Source: Azolla caroliniana (lineage: Eukaryota > Plantae > Polypodiophyta). Taken from it: 64,000 nucleotides of DNA. The stretch is taken from assembly GCA_043228905.1 (NCBI GenBank), contig JBHGNT010000052.1, positions 1 to 64,000 of the forward strand. Reading direction: 5' to 3'. Shown piece by piece: positions 46,401-61,400 of the stretch. Made by a program: the position numbers and the translations under genes. The notes under the pieces were generated by a model, which was given only the letters and a program-made list of their open reading frames with translations, searched no databases and was not told the DNA's origin. Numbering within the stretch: position 1 is the stretch's first letter; each line of letters opens with the position of its first letter.

Positions 46401-49400
46401 ATCACGATTTTGAATCTCAGGTAGAGAAACATAAAGAAGAAAGAAAAGTTGAGGAGGTCGTAGACAAGAGCGCGTGAGTAAATGAAAATGTACATACCTG
46501 GCTCGTGTGATATCGGAGTTTTGTGTTCAAGCATGCGAATTGAAGCTAAGTACGCTATCTACGATATCGAATTGAGAAATCACGATTTTGAAACTCAGGT
46601 CGAGAGACATGAAGAAAGAAGCAAAGTTGATGAGGTTGTAAACAAGAGCGCGTGAGTCAATGAGTTCATACCTGGCTTGTGTGATATAAGATTTTTGTGT
46701 TCAAACATGCAAATGGAAGGTAACAACACTAGTTATGATATGGAATTGTAAACTCAGGATTCTGAACCTCAGGTCGCAACACATTATGAAAAAAGCAAAG
46801 TTGAGGACGTCGTAGACAAGAGTGTTTGCGTAAATGAAAATGTTTAAACCTGGCTCGTGTGACATCGGATTTTTGTGTTCAAACATGCGAATCGAAGGTA
46901 ACAACACTAGTTATGATATGGAATTGAAAACTCATGACTTTGAAACTCAGGTCGAGAGACATGATGAAAAAAGCAAACTTGAGGAGGTCGTAGCCAAGAA
47001 CGCGTGAGTAAATTAAAATGTTCATACCTGTCTCGTGTAATATCAGATTTTTGTGTTCAAACATGCGAATCGAAGGTAACAACGCGAGTTATGATATGGA
47101 ATTGAAAACTCATGAGTTTGTAACACAGGTCGTGAGACATGATGAAAAAAGCAAAGTTGACGAGCTCATAGACAAAAGGACGTGAGTAAATGAAAATGTT
47201 CATATCTGGCTTGTGCGATATCCGAGTTCTATGTTCAAACATGTGAATCGAATGTAATAACGCTCGTTATGATATGAAACTGAAAAATCATGATTTTGAA
47301 GGTCAGGTCGAGAGACAAAGGAAATAGCAAAGTTGAGGAGGTCGTAGACAAGAGGGTGTGAGTAAATGAAAATTATCATATCTGGCACGTGCAATATCGG
47401 AGTTCTGTGTTCAAACATGTGAATAAAAGGTAACAATGCTTGTTATGACATGGAATTGAAAACTCACGATTTCGAAACTCAAGTCGTGAGACATGATGAA
47501 AAAAGAAAAGTTGAGGAGGTTGTAGAGAAGACGGCGTGAGTAAATGAAAATGTTCATACTTGGCTCGTGTAATATCGGATTTTTGTGTCTAAACATGCCA
47601 ATTGAAGCTATGTACGCTATTTATAATATCTAATGGAAAAATCTTAATTTTGAAGCTTAGGTCGAGAGACATGATGAGAAAAGCAAAGTTAAGGAGGTCG
47701 TAGACAAGAGCTTGTGAGTAAATGAAAATGTTAATAGCTGGCTCGTGCAATATCGGATTTCTGTGTTAAAACATGCGAATCGAAGGTAAAAACGCTAGTT
47801 CTGATATGGATTTGAAAAATCACGATTTGAAACTCCGGTTGAGAGACATGAAGAAAAACTTGAAGTTGAGGAGGTCGTAGAGAAGAGCGTGTGACTAAAG
47901 TAAAATGTTCATACTTGGCTCGTGTGATATCGGATTTTTGTGTTCAAAAATGCGAATCGAAGATAACAAAGCTAGTTATTATATGGAAATGAAAAATAAC
48001 AATTTTGAAACTCAGGTGGAGAGACATGAAGAAAAAAGCAAAGCTTAGGAGGTCGTAGACAAGAGCGCGTGAGTAAATGAGAATGTTCATATCTGGCTCG
48101 TGCGATATCGGAGTTCTGTGTTCAAGCTTTCGAATTGAAGCTAAGTACGCTATCCACGATATCGAATCGAAGACTCAGGATTTTGAACCTTAGGTCGAGA
48201 GAAATGATGAGAAAAGCAAAGTTGAGGAGGTTGTCTACAAGAGCGCGTGAGTAAATTAAAATGTTCATACCTAGCTCGTGTAAATATCGAATTTTTGTGT
48301 TCAAACATGCGAATCGAAGGTAACAACGCTAGTTATGATATGGAATTGACTAATCACAATTTTGAAACTCAGGTAGAGAGACATGCAGAAAAAAGCAAAG
48401 TTGAGGAGGTCGTACACAAGAGCGCGTGAGTAAATGAAAATGTTAATACCTGGCTCGTGCAATATCGGATTTCTGTGTTAAAACATGCGAATCGAAGGAA
48501 AAAACGCTAGCTCTGATATGGGTTTGAAAAGTCACGATTTGAAACTCCGGTTGAGAGACATGTAGAAAAAATCAAAGTTGAGGAGGTCGTAGAGAAGAGC
48601 GCGTGAGTAAATGAAAATGTTCATACCTGGTTCGTGTGATATCGGATTTCTGTGTTCAAAAATGCGAATCGAAGATAACAAAGGTAATTATTATATGGAA
48701 ATGAAATCTCACGATTTTGAAACTCAGGTAGAGAGACATGAAGAAAAAAGCAAAGCTTAGGAGGTCGTAGACAAGAGCGCGTGAGTAAATGAAAATGTTC
48801 ATATCTGGCTCGTGCGATATCGGAGTTCTGTGTTCAAGCTTTCGAATTGAAGCTAAGTACGCTATCCACGATATCGAATCGAAAACTCAGGATTTTGAAC
48901 CTTAGGTCCAGAGAAATGATGAGAAAAGCAAAGTTGAGGAGGTTGTCGACAAGAGCGCGTGAGTAAATTAAAATGTTCATACCTAGCTCGTGTAAATATC
49001 GAATTTTTGTGTTCAAACATGGGAATCGAAGGTAACAACGCTAGTTATGATATGGAACTAAATAATCACGATTTTGAAACTCAGGTAGATAGACATGCAG
49101 AAAGAAGAAAAGTTGAGGAGGTCGTAGACAAGAGCGCGTGAGTAAATGAAAATGTTTATACCTGGCTCATGTAATATCGGATTTTTATGTTGAAACTTGC
49201 GAATGGAAGGTTACAATGCTAGCTATGATATAGAATTGAAAACTCAGGATTTCGAACCTCAGGTCGCGAGACATGATAAAAATGCAAAGTTGAGGAGGTC
49301 TTAGACAAGAGGGCGTGAGTAAATGCAAATGTTTAGACTTGGCTCGTGTGACATCGGATTTTTGTGTTCAAACATGCGAATCTAAGGTAACAACGCTTGT

Positions 49401-52400
49401 TATGATATGGAATTAAAAACTCATGATTTCGAAACTTAGGTCGAGAGACATGATGAATAAACCGAACTTGAGGAGGTCGTAGACAAGAGCGTGTGAGTAA
49501 ATCAAAATGTTCATACCTGGGTCGTGTAATATGTGATTTTGGTGTTCAAACATGCGTATTGAAGGTAACAACGCTAGTTATGATATGGAATTGAAAACTC
49601 ATGATTTCTAAACTCAAGTCGCGAGACATTATGACAAAAGCAAAGTTGAGGAGGTCGTAGCCAAGAGGGCGTGAGTAAAAGAAAATGTTCATATTTGGCA
49701 CGTGCTATATCGGGGTTCTATGTTCAAACATGCGAATCGAAGATAACAATGCTAGTTATGATATGGACATGGAAAATCACGATTATGAAACTCAGGTAGA
49801 GAAACATAAAGAAGAAAGCAATGTTGAGGAGGTCGTAGACAAGAGCGCGTGAGTCAATGAAAATGTACATACCTGGCTTGTGTGATATTGGATTTTTGTG
49901 TTCAAGCATGCCAATTGAAGCTAAGTACGCTATCTACGATATAGAATTGAGAAATCCCGATTTTGAAACTCAGGTCGAGAGACATGAAGAATGAAGCAAA
50001 GTTGAGGAGGTCGTAGACAAGAGCGCGTGAGTAAATGAGTTCATACCTGGCTTGTATGATGTTCAGGTCGAGAGACATGAAGTTCAGGTCGAGAGACATG
50101 AAGAAAATAGGAAAGTTGAGGAGGTCGTAGACAAGAGGGCGTGAGTAAATGAAAATTATCATATCTGGCACGTGCAATATCGGAGTTCTGTGTCCAAATA
50201 TGCGAATAGAAGGTAACAGTGCTAGTTATGATATGGAATTGAAAATTCACGATTTCAAAACTCAAGTCGTGAGCCATGATGAAAAAAGCAAAGTTGATGA
50301 GGTGGGAGACAAGACAGCGTGATTAAATGAAATTGTTCATACTTGGCTCGTGTGTTATCGGATTTTTGTGTTCAAACATGCCAATTGAAGCTAAGTACGC
50401 TATTTATAGTATCTAATTCAAAAATCACGATTTTGAAGCTTAGGTCGAGAGAAGCAAAGTTGAGGAGGTCGTAGATAACAGCGCATGAGTAAATGAAAAT
50501 ATTCATACCTGGCTCGTGCAATATCGGATTTCTATGTTAAAACATGCGAATCGAAGGTAAAAATGCTAGTTATGATATGGATTTGAAAATGTTCATATAT
50601 GGCACGTGCGATATCCGTGGTCTTTGTTCAATCATGCGCATAGAATGTAACAACCCTAGTCATGATATGAAACTGAAAAATCAAGATTTTGAAGCTCAGG
50701 TCGAGAGACATGAAGAAAATAGCAAAGTTGAGGAGGTCGTAGACAAGAGGGCGTGAGTAAATGAAAATTATCATATTTGGCACGTGCAATATCGGAGTTC
50801 TGTGTTCAAACATGCGAATGGAAGGTAACAGTGCTTGTTATGATATGGACTTGAAAATTCACGATTTCGAAATTCAAGTCGCGAGACATGATGAAAAAAG
50901 CAAAGTTGAGGAGGTCGTAGACAAGACGACGTGAGTAAATGAAAATGTTCATACTTGGCTCGTGTGCTATCGGATTTTTGTGTTCAAAACTGCGAATCGA
51001 AGATAACAAAGCTAGTTATTATATGGAAATGAAAAATCACGATTTTGAAACTCAGGTAGTGAGACATGAAGAAAAAAGCAAAGCTGAAAGTAAATGAAAA
51101 TTATCATATCTGGCACGTGCAATATCCGAGGTCTGTGTTCAAATATGTGAATAGAAGGTAACAGTGCTAGTTATGATATGGAATTGAAAACTCACGATTT
51201 TGAAATTACGGTCACGAGACATGATGAAAAAAGCAATGTTGGGGAGGTCGTAGACAAGACGACGTGAGTAAATGAAAATGTTTATACCTGGCTTGTGTGA
51301 TATCAGGTTTTTGTGGTTAAACATGCAAATATAAGCTAAGTATACTATCTATGATATGGTATTGAAAAATCACGATTTTGAAACTGAGGTCGTAGAGAAG
51401 AGCGCGTGAGTAAATGAAAATGTTCATACCTGGCTCACGCAATATCGGATTTACGTGTTAAAACATGCGAATCGAAGGTAAAAATGGTAGTTCTGATATT
51501 GATTTGAAAAATCATAATTTTAAAATTTAGGTTGAGAGTTATGAAGAAAAAAAGCAAAGTTGACTAGTTCGTAGACAAGACGGTGTGAGTAAATGAAAAT
51601 GTTCATATCTGGCACGTGCTATATCGGGGTTCTGTGTTGAAACATGCGAATCGAAGGTAACCACGCTAGTTATGATATGGAATTAAAAAATCACGATTTT
51701 GAAACTCAGGTAGAGAAAGATAAAGAAGAAAGAAAAGTTGAGGAGGTCGTAGAGAAGAGCGCGTGAGTAAATGAAAATGTACATACTTGGCTCGTGTGAT
51801 ATCAGAGTTTTGTGTTCAAGCATGCGAATTGTAGCTAAGTACGCTATCTATGATATCGAATTGAGAAATCACGATTTTGAAACTCAGGTCGATAGACATG
51901 AAGAAAGAAGCAAAGTTGATGAGGTCATAGACAAGAGCGCGTGAGTCAATGAGTTCATACCTGGCTTGTGTCATATCAGATATTTGTGTTCAAACATGCG
52001 AATGGATGGTAACAATGCTAGTTATGATATGGAATTGAAAACTCAGTATTCTGAACCTCAGGTTGCAACACTATGAAAAAAGCAAAGTTGAGGACGTCGT
52101 AGACAAGAGTGCGTGAGTAAATGAAAATGTTTAGACTTGGCTCGTGTGACATCGGATTTTTGTGTTCAAACATGCGAATCGAAGGTAACAACGCTAGTTA
52201 TGATATGGAATTGAAAACTCCTGACTTTGAACCTCAGGTCGAGAGACATGATGAAAAAAGCAAACTTGAGGAGGTCGTAGGCAAGAACGCGTGAGTAAAT
52301 TGAAATGTTCATACCTATCTCGTGTAATATCGGATTTTTGTGTTCAAACATGCGAATCGAAGGTACTAACTCTAGTTATGATATGGAATTGAAAAGTCAT

Positions 52401-55400
52401 GATTTTTAAACTTAGGTCGAGAGACATGATGAAACAAGCAAACTTGCGGAGGTCGTTGACAAGAGCGTGTGAGTAAATTAAAATGTTCATACCTGTCTCG
52501 TTTAATATCGGAATTGAATCTCAGGTCGCGAGACATGATGAGAAAAGCAAAGTTAAGGCGAGTTATGATATGGAATTGAATCTCAGGCCGCGAGACATGA
52601 TGAGAAAAGCAAAGTTAAGGCGGCCGTAGACAAGAGGGCGTGAGTAAATGAAAATGTTCATACCTGGATCGTGTGACATCGGATTTTTGTGTGCAAACAT
52701 GCGAATCGAAGGTAATAACGCTAGTTATGATATGGATTTGAGAACTCATGATTTTGAAACTCAGGTCGAGAGACGTGATGATCAAAGCAAACCATAGGAG
52801 GTCGTAGACAAGAGCGCGTGAGTAAATTAAAATGTTCATACCTGTCTCGTGTAATATCGGATTTTTGTATTCAAACATGCGAATCGAAGGTAACAACGCG
52901 AGTTATGATATGGAATTCAAACCTCATAATTTTTAAACTCAGGTCGTGAGACATGATGAAAAGAGGAAAGTTGAGGAGGTCGTAGACAAGAGGACGTGAG
53001 TAAATGAAAATGTTCATATCTGGCTCGTGCGATATCCGAGTTCTGTGTTCAAACATGCGAATCGAGTGTAATCACACTTGTTATGCTATGGAATTGAAAA
53101 CTCACGATATCGAAACTCAAGTCGCGAGACATGATGAAAAAAGAGAAGTTGAGGAGGTCGTAGACAAGACGACATGAGTAAATGAAAATGTTCATACTTG
53201 GCTCGTGTGATATCAGATTTTTGTGTTGAAAAATGCCAATTGAAGCTATGTACGCTATTTATAATATCTAATGGAGAAATCTTCATTTTGAAGCTTAGGT
53301 CGAGAGACATGATGAGAAAAGCAAAGTTGAGGAGGTCGTAGACAAGAGCTTGTGAGTAAATGAAAATGTTAATAGCTGGCTCGTGCAATATCGGATTTCT
53401 GTGTTAAAACATGCGAATCGAAGGTAAAAACGTTAGTTCTGATATGGATTTGAAAAATCACGATTTGAAACTCCGGTTGAGAGACATGAAGAAAAAATCA
53501 AAGTTGAGGAGGTCGTAGAGAATAGCGCGTGAGTAAATGAAAATGTTCATACCTGGCTCGTGTGATATCGGATTTTTGTGTTCAAAAATGCGAATCGAAG
53601 ATAACAAATCTAGTTATTATATGGAAATGAAAAATCACGATTTTGGAACTCAGGTAGAGAGACATGAAGAAAAAAGCAAAGCTTAGGAGGTCGGAGACAA
53701 GAGCGCGTGAGTAAATGAAAATGTTCATATCTGGCTCGTGCGATATCGGAGTTTTGTGTTCAAGCTTTCGAATTGAAGCTAAGTACGCTATCCACGATAT
53801 CGAATCGGAAACTCATAATTTTGAACCTTGGTTCGAGAGAAATGATAAGAAAAGCAAAGTTGAGGAGGTTGTCGACAAGAGCGTGTGAGTAAATTAAAAT
53901 GTTCATACGTAGCTCGTGTGATATCGAATTTTTGTGTTCAAACATGCGAATCGAAGGTAACAACGCTAGTTATGATATGGAACTGAATAATCACGATTGT
54001 GAAACTGAGGTAAAGACACATGCATAAAAAAGGAAAGTTGAGGAGGTCGTAGACAAGAGAGCGTGAGTAAATGAAAATATTTATACCTGGCTCATGTAAT
54101 ATCGGATTTATACCTGGCTCAGTTTGCGAGACATGATAAAAAAGAAAAGTTGAGGAGGTCTTACACAAGAGGGCATGAGTAAATGCAAATGTTCATACCT
54201 GGCTCGTGTGACATCGGATTTTTGTGTTCAAACATGCGAATCGAAGGTAACAACGCTTGTTATGATATGGAATTAGAAACTCATGATTTTGAAACTTAGG
54301 TCGAGAGACATGATGAATAAAGCAAATTTGAGGAAGTCGTAGACAAGAGCGTGTGAGTAAATCAAAATGTTCATACCTGGGTCGTGTAATAGATGATTTT
54401 GGTGTTCAAACATGCGTATTGAAGGTAACAACGCTAGTTATGATATGGAATTGAAAACTCATGATTTCTAAACTCAAGTCGCGAGACATTATGACAAAAG
54501 CAAAGTTGAGGAGGTCGTAGCCAAGAGGGCGTGAGTAAACGAAAATGTTCATATCTGGCATGTGCTATATTGGGGTTCTATGTTCAAACATGCGAATCGA
54601 AGGTAACAACGCTAGTTATGATATGGAACTGGAAAATCACGATTATGAAACTCAGGTAGAGAAACATAAAGAAGAAAGCAAAGTTGAGGAGGTCGTAGAC
54701 AAGAGCGCGTGAGTCAATTAAAATGTGATATCGGATTTTTGTGTTCCAGCATGCGAATTGAAGCTAAGTACGCTATCTACGATATCGAATTGAGAAATCA
54801 CGATTTTGAAACTCAGGTCGAGAGACATGAAGAATGAAGCAAAGTTGAGGAGGTTGGAGACAAGAGCGCGTGAGTAAATGAGTTCATACCTGGCTTGTAT
54901 GATATCAGACCTGGCTCGTGTGACATTGGATTTTTGTGTTCAAACATGCGAATCGAAGGTAACAACGCTAGTTATGATATGGAATTGAAAACTCATGACT
55001 TTGAAACTCAGGTCGAGAGACATGATTAAACAAGCAAACTTGAGGAGGTCGTAGAAAAGAGCGCGTGAGTAAATTAAAATGTTCAGACCTGGCTCGTGTG
55101 ACATCGGATTTTTGTGTTCAAACATGCGAATCGAAGGTAACAACGCTAGTTATGATATGGATTTGAGAACACATGATTTTGAAACTCAGGTCGAGAGACA
55201 TGATGATAAAAGCAAAACATAGGAGGTCGTAGACAAGAGCGTGTGAGTAAATTAAAATGTTCATACCTGTCTCGTGTAATATCGGATTTTTGTGTTCAAA
55301 CATGTGAATCGAAGGTAACAACGCGAGTTATGATATAGAATTGAAAACTCATGATTTTGAAACTCCGGTCGTGAGACATGATGAAAAGAGGAAAGTTGAG

Positions 55401-58400
55401 GAGGTCGTAGACAAGAGGACGTGAGTAAATGAAAATGTTCATATCTGGCTCGTGCGATATCTGAGTTCTGTGTTCAAACATGCGAATCGAATGTAATCAT
55501 GCTAGTTATGATATGAAATTGAAAAATCACTATTTTGAAGCTCAGGTCGAGAGACATGAAGAAAATAGCAAAGTGTAGGGGGTCGTAGACAAGAGGGCGT
55601 GAGTAAATGAAAATTATCATATCTGGCACGAGCAATATCGGAGTTCTATGTTCAAACATATGAATAGAAGGTAACATTGCTAGTTATGACATGGATTTGA
55701 AAACTCACGATTTCCAAACTCAAGTCGTGAGACATGATGAAAAAAGCAAAGTTGAGGAGGTCATAGACAAGACGGAGTGAGTAAATGAAAATGTTCATAC
55801 CTGGCTCGTGTGATATCGGATTTTTGTGTTCAAACCTGCGAATTGAAGCTCAGTATGCTATTTTTGTGTTCAAACATGCGAATTGAAGCTAAGTACGCTA
55901 AGTAAGCTTAGGTTGAGAGACATGAAGAAAAAATCAAAGTGGAGGAGGTCGAAGTGAAGAGCGCGTGAGTAAATGAAAATGTTCATACCTGGCTCATGCA
56001 ATATCGGATTTATCTGTTAAAACATGCGAATCGAAGGTAAAAATGGTAGTTATGATATGGATTTGAAAAATCATGATTTTGAAATTCAGGTTGAGAAATA
56101 TGAAGAAAAAAAGCAAAGTTCATACCTGGCTCGTGTGATATGGAAATTTTTGTGTTCAAACATGCGAATGGAAGGTAACATCGCTAGGTATGATATGGAA
56201 TTGAAAACTCAGGATTCTGAATCTCAGGTCGCGAGACATGATGAAAAAAGCAAAGTTGAGGAGGTCGTAGACACGAGCGCGAGTAAATGAAAATGTTCAT
56301 ACCGAGCTCGTTTGACATCGGATTTTTGTGTTCAAACATGCGAATCGAAGGTAACAATGCTAGTTATGATATGGAATTGAAAACTCACGATTTTGAAAGT
56401 CAGGTCGAGAGACATGATGAAAAAAGCAAACTTGAGGAGGTCGTAGACCAAAGCGCGTGAGTAAATGAAAATTTTCATACCTCTCTCGTGTAATATCGGG
56501 TATTTGTGTTCAAACACGTGAATCGAAGGTAACAACACTAGGTATGATATGGAATTGAAAACTCATGATTTTGAAAGTCAGGTCGCGAGACATGATGAAA
56601 AAAGCAAAGTTGAGGAGGTCGTAGAAAACAGGGCGTGAGTAAACGAAAATGTTCATATCTCGCACGTGCTATATCGGGGTTCTATGTGCAAACATGCGAA
56701 TCGAAGGTAACAATGCTAGTTATGATATGGAACTGGAAAATCACGATTTTGAAACTCAGGTAGAGAAACATAAAGAAGAAAGCAAAGTTGAGGAGGTCGT
56801 AGAAAAGAGCGCGTGAGTCAATGAAAATGTACATACCTGGCTCGTGTGATATCGGATTTTTGTTATCAATCATACGAATTGAAGCTAAGTTTGCTATCTG
56901 CGATATCGAATTGAGAAATCACGATTTTGAAACTTAGGTCGAGAGACATGAAGAATGAAGCAAAGTTGAGGAGGTCGTAGACAAGAGAGCGTGAGTAAAT
57001 GAGTTCATACCTGGCTTGTATGATATCAGATATTGGTGTTCAAACATGCAAATGGAAGGTAACAACGCTAGTTATGATATGGAATTGAGGACTCAGGATT
57101 CTGAACCTCAGGTCGCGAGACAATATCAAAAAGGCAAAGTTGAGGAGGTCGTAGACAAGAGTGCGTGAGTAAATGAAAACGTTCAGACCTGGCTCGTGCA
57201 ATATCGGAGTTCTGTGTCGAAATATGCGAATAGAAGGTAACAGTGTTAGTTATTATATGGAATTGAAAATTCACGATTTCAAAACTCAAGTCGCGAGACA
57301 TGATGACAAAAGCAAAGTTGAGGAGGTCGTAGACAAGACGGCGTGACTAAATGAAAATGTTCATACTTGGCTTGTGTGCTATCGGATTTTTGTGTTCAAA
57401 AATGCGAATCGAAGATAACAAAGCTAGTTATTATATGGAAATGAAAAATCACGATTTTGAAACTCAGGTAGTAAGACATGAAGAAAAAAGCAAAGCTGAG
57501 GAGTAAATGAAAATTATCATATCTGGCACATGCAATATCCGAGGTCTGTGATCAAACATGTGAATAGAAGGTAACAGTGCTAGTTATGATATGGAATTGA
57601 AAACTCACGATTTTGAAACTCTGGTCGCGAGACATGATGAAAAAAGAAATGTCGGGGAGGTCGTAGACAAGACAATGTGAGTAAATGAAAATATTTATAT
57701 GTGGCTCGTGTGATATCGGATTTTTGTGTTTAAACATGCAAATTGAAGTTAAGTACGCTATCTATGATATGGTATTGAAAAATCACGATTTTGAAAGTCA
57801 TGTAGAGAGATATGAAGAAAAAAGCAAAGTTGAGGAGGTCGTAGACAAGAGCGCGTGAGTAAATGAAAATGTTCATACCTGGCTCGTGTGATATGGAAAT
57901 TTTTGTGTTCAAACATGCGAATGGAAGGTAACATCGCTAGTTATGATATGGAATTGAAAACTCAGGATTCTGAACCTCAGGTCCCGAGACATGATGAAAA
58001 AAGCAAAGTTGAGGAGGTCGTAGACACGAGCGCGTGAGTAAATGAAAATGTTCATACCTAGCTCGTTTGACATCGGATTTTTGTGTTCAAACATGCGAAT
58101 CGAAGGTAACAATGCTAGTTATGATATGGAATTGAAAACATAAGATTTTGAAACTCAGGTCGAGAGATATGATGAAAAAAGCAAACTTGAGGAGGTCGTA
58201 GACCAAAGCGCGTGAGTAAATGAAAATATTCATACCTCTCTCGTGTAATATCGGGTATTTGTGTTCAAACATGTGAATCGAAGGTAACAAATACCCGATA
58301 TGGAATTGATATGGAATTGAAAACTCATGATTTTGAAAGTAAGGTCGCGAGACATGATGAAAAAAGTAAAGTTGAGGAGGTCGTAGAAAAGAGAGCGTGA

Positions 58401-61400
58401 GTAAACGAAAAATGTTCATATCTTGCACGTGCTATATCGGGGTTCTATGTGGAAACATGCGAATCGAAGGTAACAACGATAGTTATGATATGGAACTGGA
58501 AAATCACGATTTTGAAACTCAGGTAGAGAAACCTAAAGAAGAAAGCAAAGTTAAGGAGGTCGTAGAAAAGAGCGCGTGAGTCAATGAAAATTTACATACC
58601 TGGCTCATGTGATATCGGATTTTTGTGTTCAATCATGCGAATTGAAGCTAAGTACGCTATCTACGATATCGAATTGAGAAATCACGATTTTGAAACTCAG
58701 GTCGAGAGACATGAAGAATGAAGCAAAGTTGAGGAGGTCGTAGACAAGAGCACGTGAGTAAATGAGTTTATACCTGGCTTGTATGATATAAGATTTTTGT
58801 GTTCAAACTTGCGAATGGAAGGTATCAACGCTAGTTATGATATGAAATTGAGAACTCAGGATTCTAAACCTCAGGTCGCGAGACATTATGAAAAAAGCAA
58901 ATTTGAGGAGGTCGTAGACAAGAGCGCGTGAGTAAATGAAAATGTTCAGACCTGGCTCGTGTGACATCGGATTTTTGTGTTCCAACATGCGAATCGAAGG
59001 TAACAATGCTAGTTATGATATGGAATTGAAAACTCATGACTTTGAAACTCAGGTCCAGAGACATGATGAAAAAAGCAAACTTGAGGAGGTCGTAGACAAG
59101 AGCGCGTGAGTAAATTGAAATGTTCATACCTGTCTCGTGTAATATCGTATTTTTGTGTTCAAACATGCGAATCGAAGGTAACAACGTGAGTTATGATATG
59201 GAATTTAAAACTCATGATTTTGTAACTTAGGTCGCGAGGCATGATGAAAAAACCAAAGTTGAGGAGGTCGTACACAAGAGGACGTAAGTAAATGAAAATG
59301 TTCATATCTGGCTCGTGCGATATCCGAGTTCTGTGTTGAAACATGCGAATCGACTGTAACAAAGCTCTTATGATATGAAACTGAAAAATCACGATTTTGA
59401 AGCTCAGGTCGAGAGACATGAAGAAAATAGCAAAGTTCAGGGTGTGAGTAAATGAAACTTATCATATCTGGCTCGTGCCATATCCGAGTTCTGTGTTCAA
59501 ACAAGCGAATCGAATGTAACAATGCTAGTTATGATATGAAACTTAAAAATCAGGATTTTGAAGCTCAGGTCGAGAGACATGAAGAAAATAGCAAAGTTAA
59601 AGAGGTCGTAGACAAGAGGACGTGAGTAAATGAAAATGTTCATATCTGGCTCGTGCGATATCCGAGTTCTATGTTCAAACATGCGAATCTAATGTAACAA
59701 CGCTAGTTATCATATGAAACTGAAAAATCAGGATTTTGAAGCTCCGGTCGAGAGATATGAAGAAAATAGTAATGTTGAGGAGGTCGTAGACAAGAGGGCA
59801 TGAGTAAATGAAAATTATCATATTTGGCACGTGCAATAATGGAGTTCTGTGTTCAAACATACGAATAGACAGTTTAGGGTTTAGGGTATAGGGGTTATGG
59901 TTTAGGGCGTGAGTAAATGAAATTGTTCGTACTTGGCTCGTGTGATATCAGATTTTTGTGTTCAAACATGCGAATTGAAGCTAAGTACGCTATTTATAAT
60001 ATCTAATTGAAAAATCACGATTTTGAAGCTTAGGTCGAGAGATATGATGAGAAAAGCAATGTTGAGGAGGTCGTAGATAAGAGCGCATGAGTAAATGAAA
60101 ATGTTCATACCTGGCTGCTGCAATATCGGATTTCTGTGTTAAAACATGCGAATCGAAGGTAAAAACGCTAGTTATGATATGGATTTGAAAAATGACAATT
60201 TGAAACTAATGTCGAGAGACATGATAAGAAAAGCAAAATTGAGGAGGTCGTAGACAAGTGGACGTGAGTAAAGCAAAATGTTCATATCTGGCTTGTGCGA
60301 TATCCGAGTTTTGTGTTCAAACATGCGAATCGACTGTAACAACGCTCTTATGATATGAAAAGGAAAATCACGATTTTGAAGCTGAGGTCGAGAGACATGA
60401 AGAAAATAGCAAAGTTGAGGAGGTCGTAGACAAGAGGGCGTGTGTAAATGAAAATTATCAGATCTGGCTCATGCGATATCCGAGTTCAATACCTGGCTCA
60501 TGCGATATCTGAGTTCATACCTGGCTCGTGCAATATCGGATTTCTGTGTTAAAACATGCGAATCGAAGGTAAAATCGCTAGTTATGATATGGATTTGAAA
60601 AATGACGATTTGAAACTAAGGTCGAGAGACATGATCAGAAAAGCAAAGCTGAGGAGGTCGTAGACAAGAGCGCGTGAGTAAATGAAAATGTTCATACCTA
60701 GGTCGTGCAATATCGGATTTCTGTGTTAAAACATGTGAATCGAAGGTAAAAACGCTAGTTATGATATGGATTTGAAAAATGACGATTTGAAACTAAGGTC
60801 GAGAGACATGATGAGAAAAGCAAAGCTGAGGAGGTTGTAGACAAGAGCGCGTGAGTAAATGAAAATGTTCATACCTAAGTCGTGCAATATCGGATTTCTG
60901 TGTTAAAACATGCGAATCGAAGGTAAAAATGCTAGTTATGATATGGATTTGAAAATGTTCATATCTGGCACGTGCGATATCCATGTTTTGTGTTCAATCA
61001 CACGAATCGAATGTAACAACGCTAGTTATGATATGAAACTTAAAAATCAGGATTTTGACGCTCAGGTCGAGAGACATGAAGAAAATAGCAAAGTAGAGGA
61101 GGTCGTAGACAAGAGGGCGCGAAAAATGAAAATTATCATATTTGGCACGTGCAATATCGGAGTTCTATGTTCAAACATCCGAATAGAAGGTAATAGTGCT
61201 TGTTATGATATGGAATTGATAATTCACGATTTCGAAACTCAAGTCCCGAGACATGATGAAAAAAGCAAAGTTGAGGAGGTCGTAGACAAGACGGCGTGAC
61301 TAAATGAAAATGTTCATACTTGGCTCGTGTGCTATCGGAATTTTGTGTTCAAAAATGCAAATCGAAGATAACAAAGCTAGTTATTATATGGAAATGAAAA

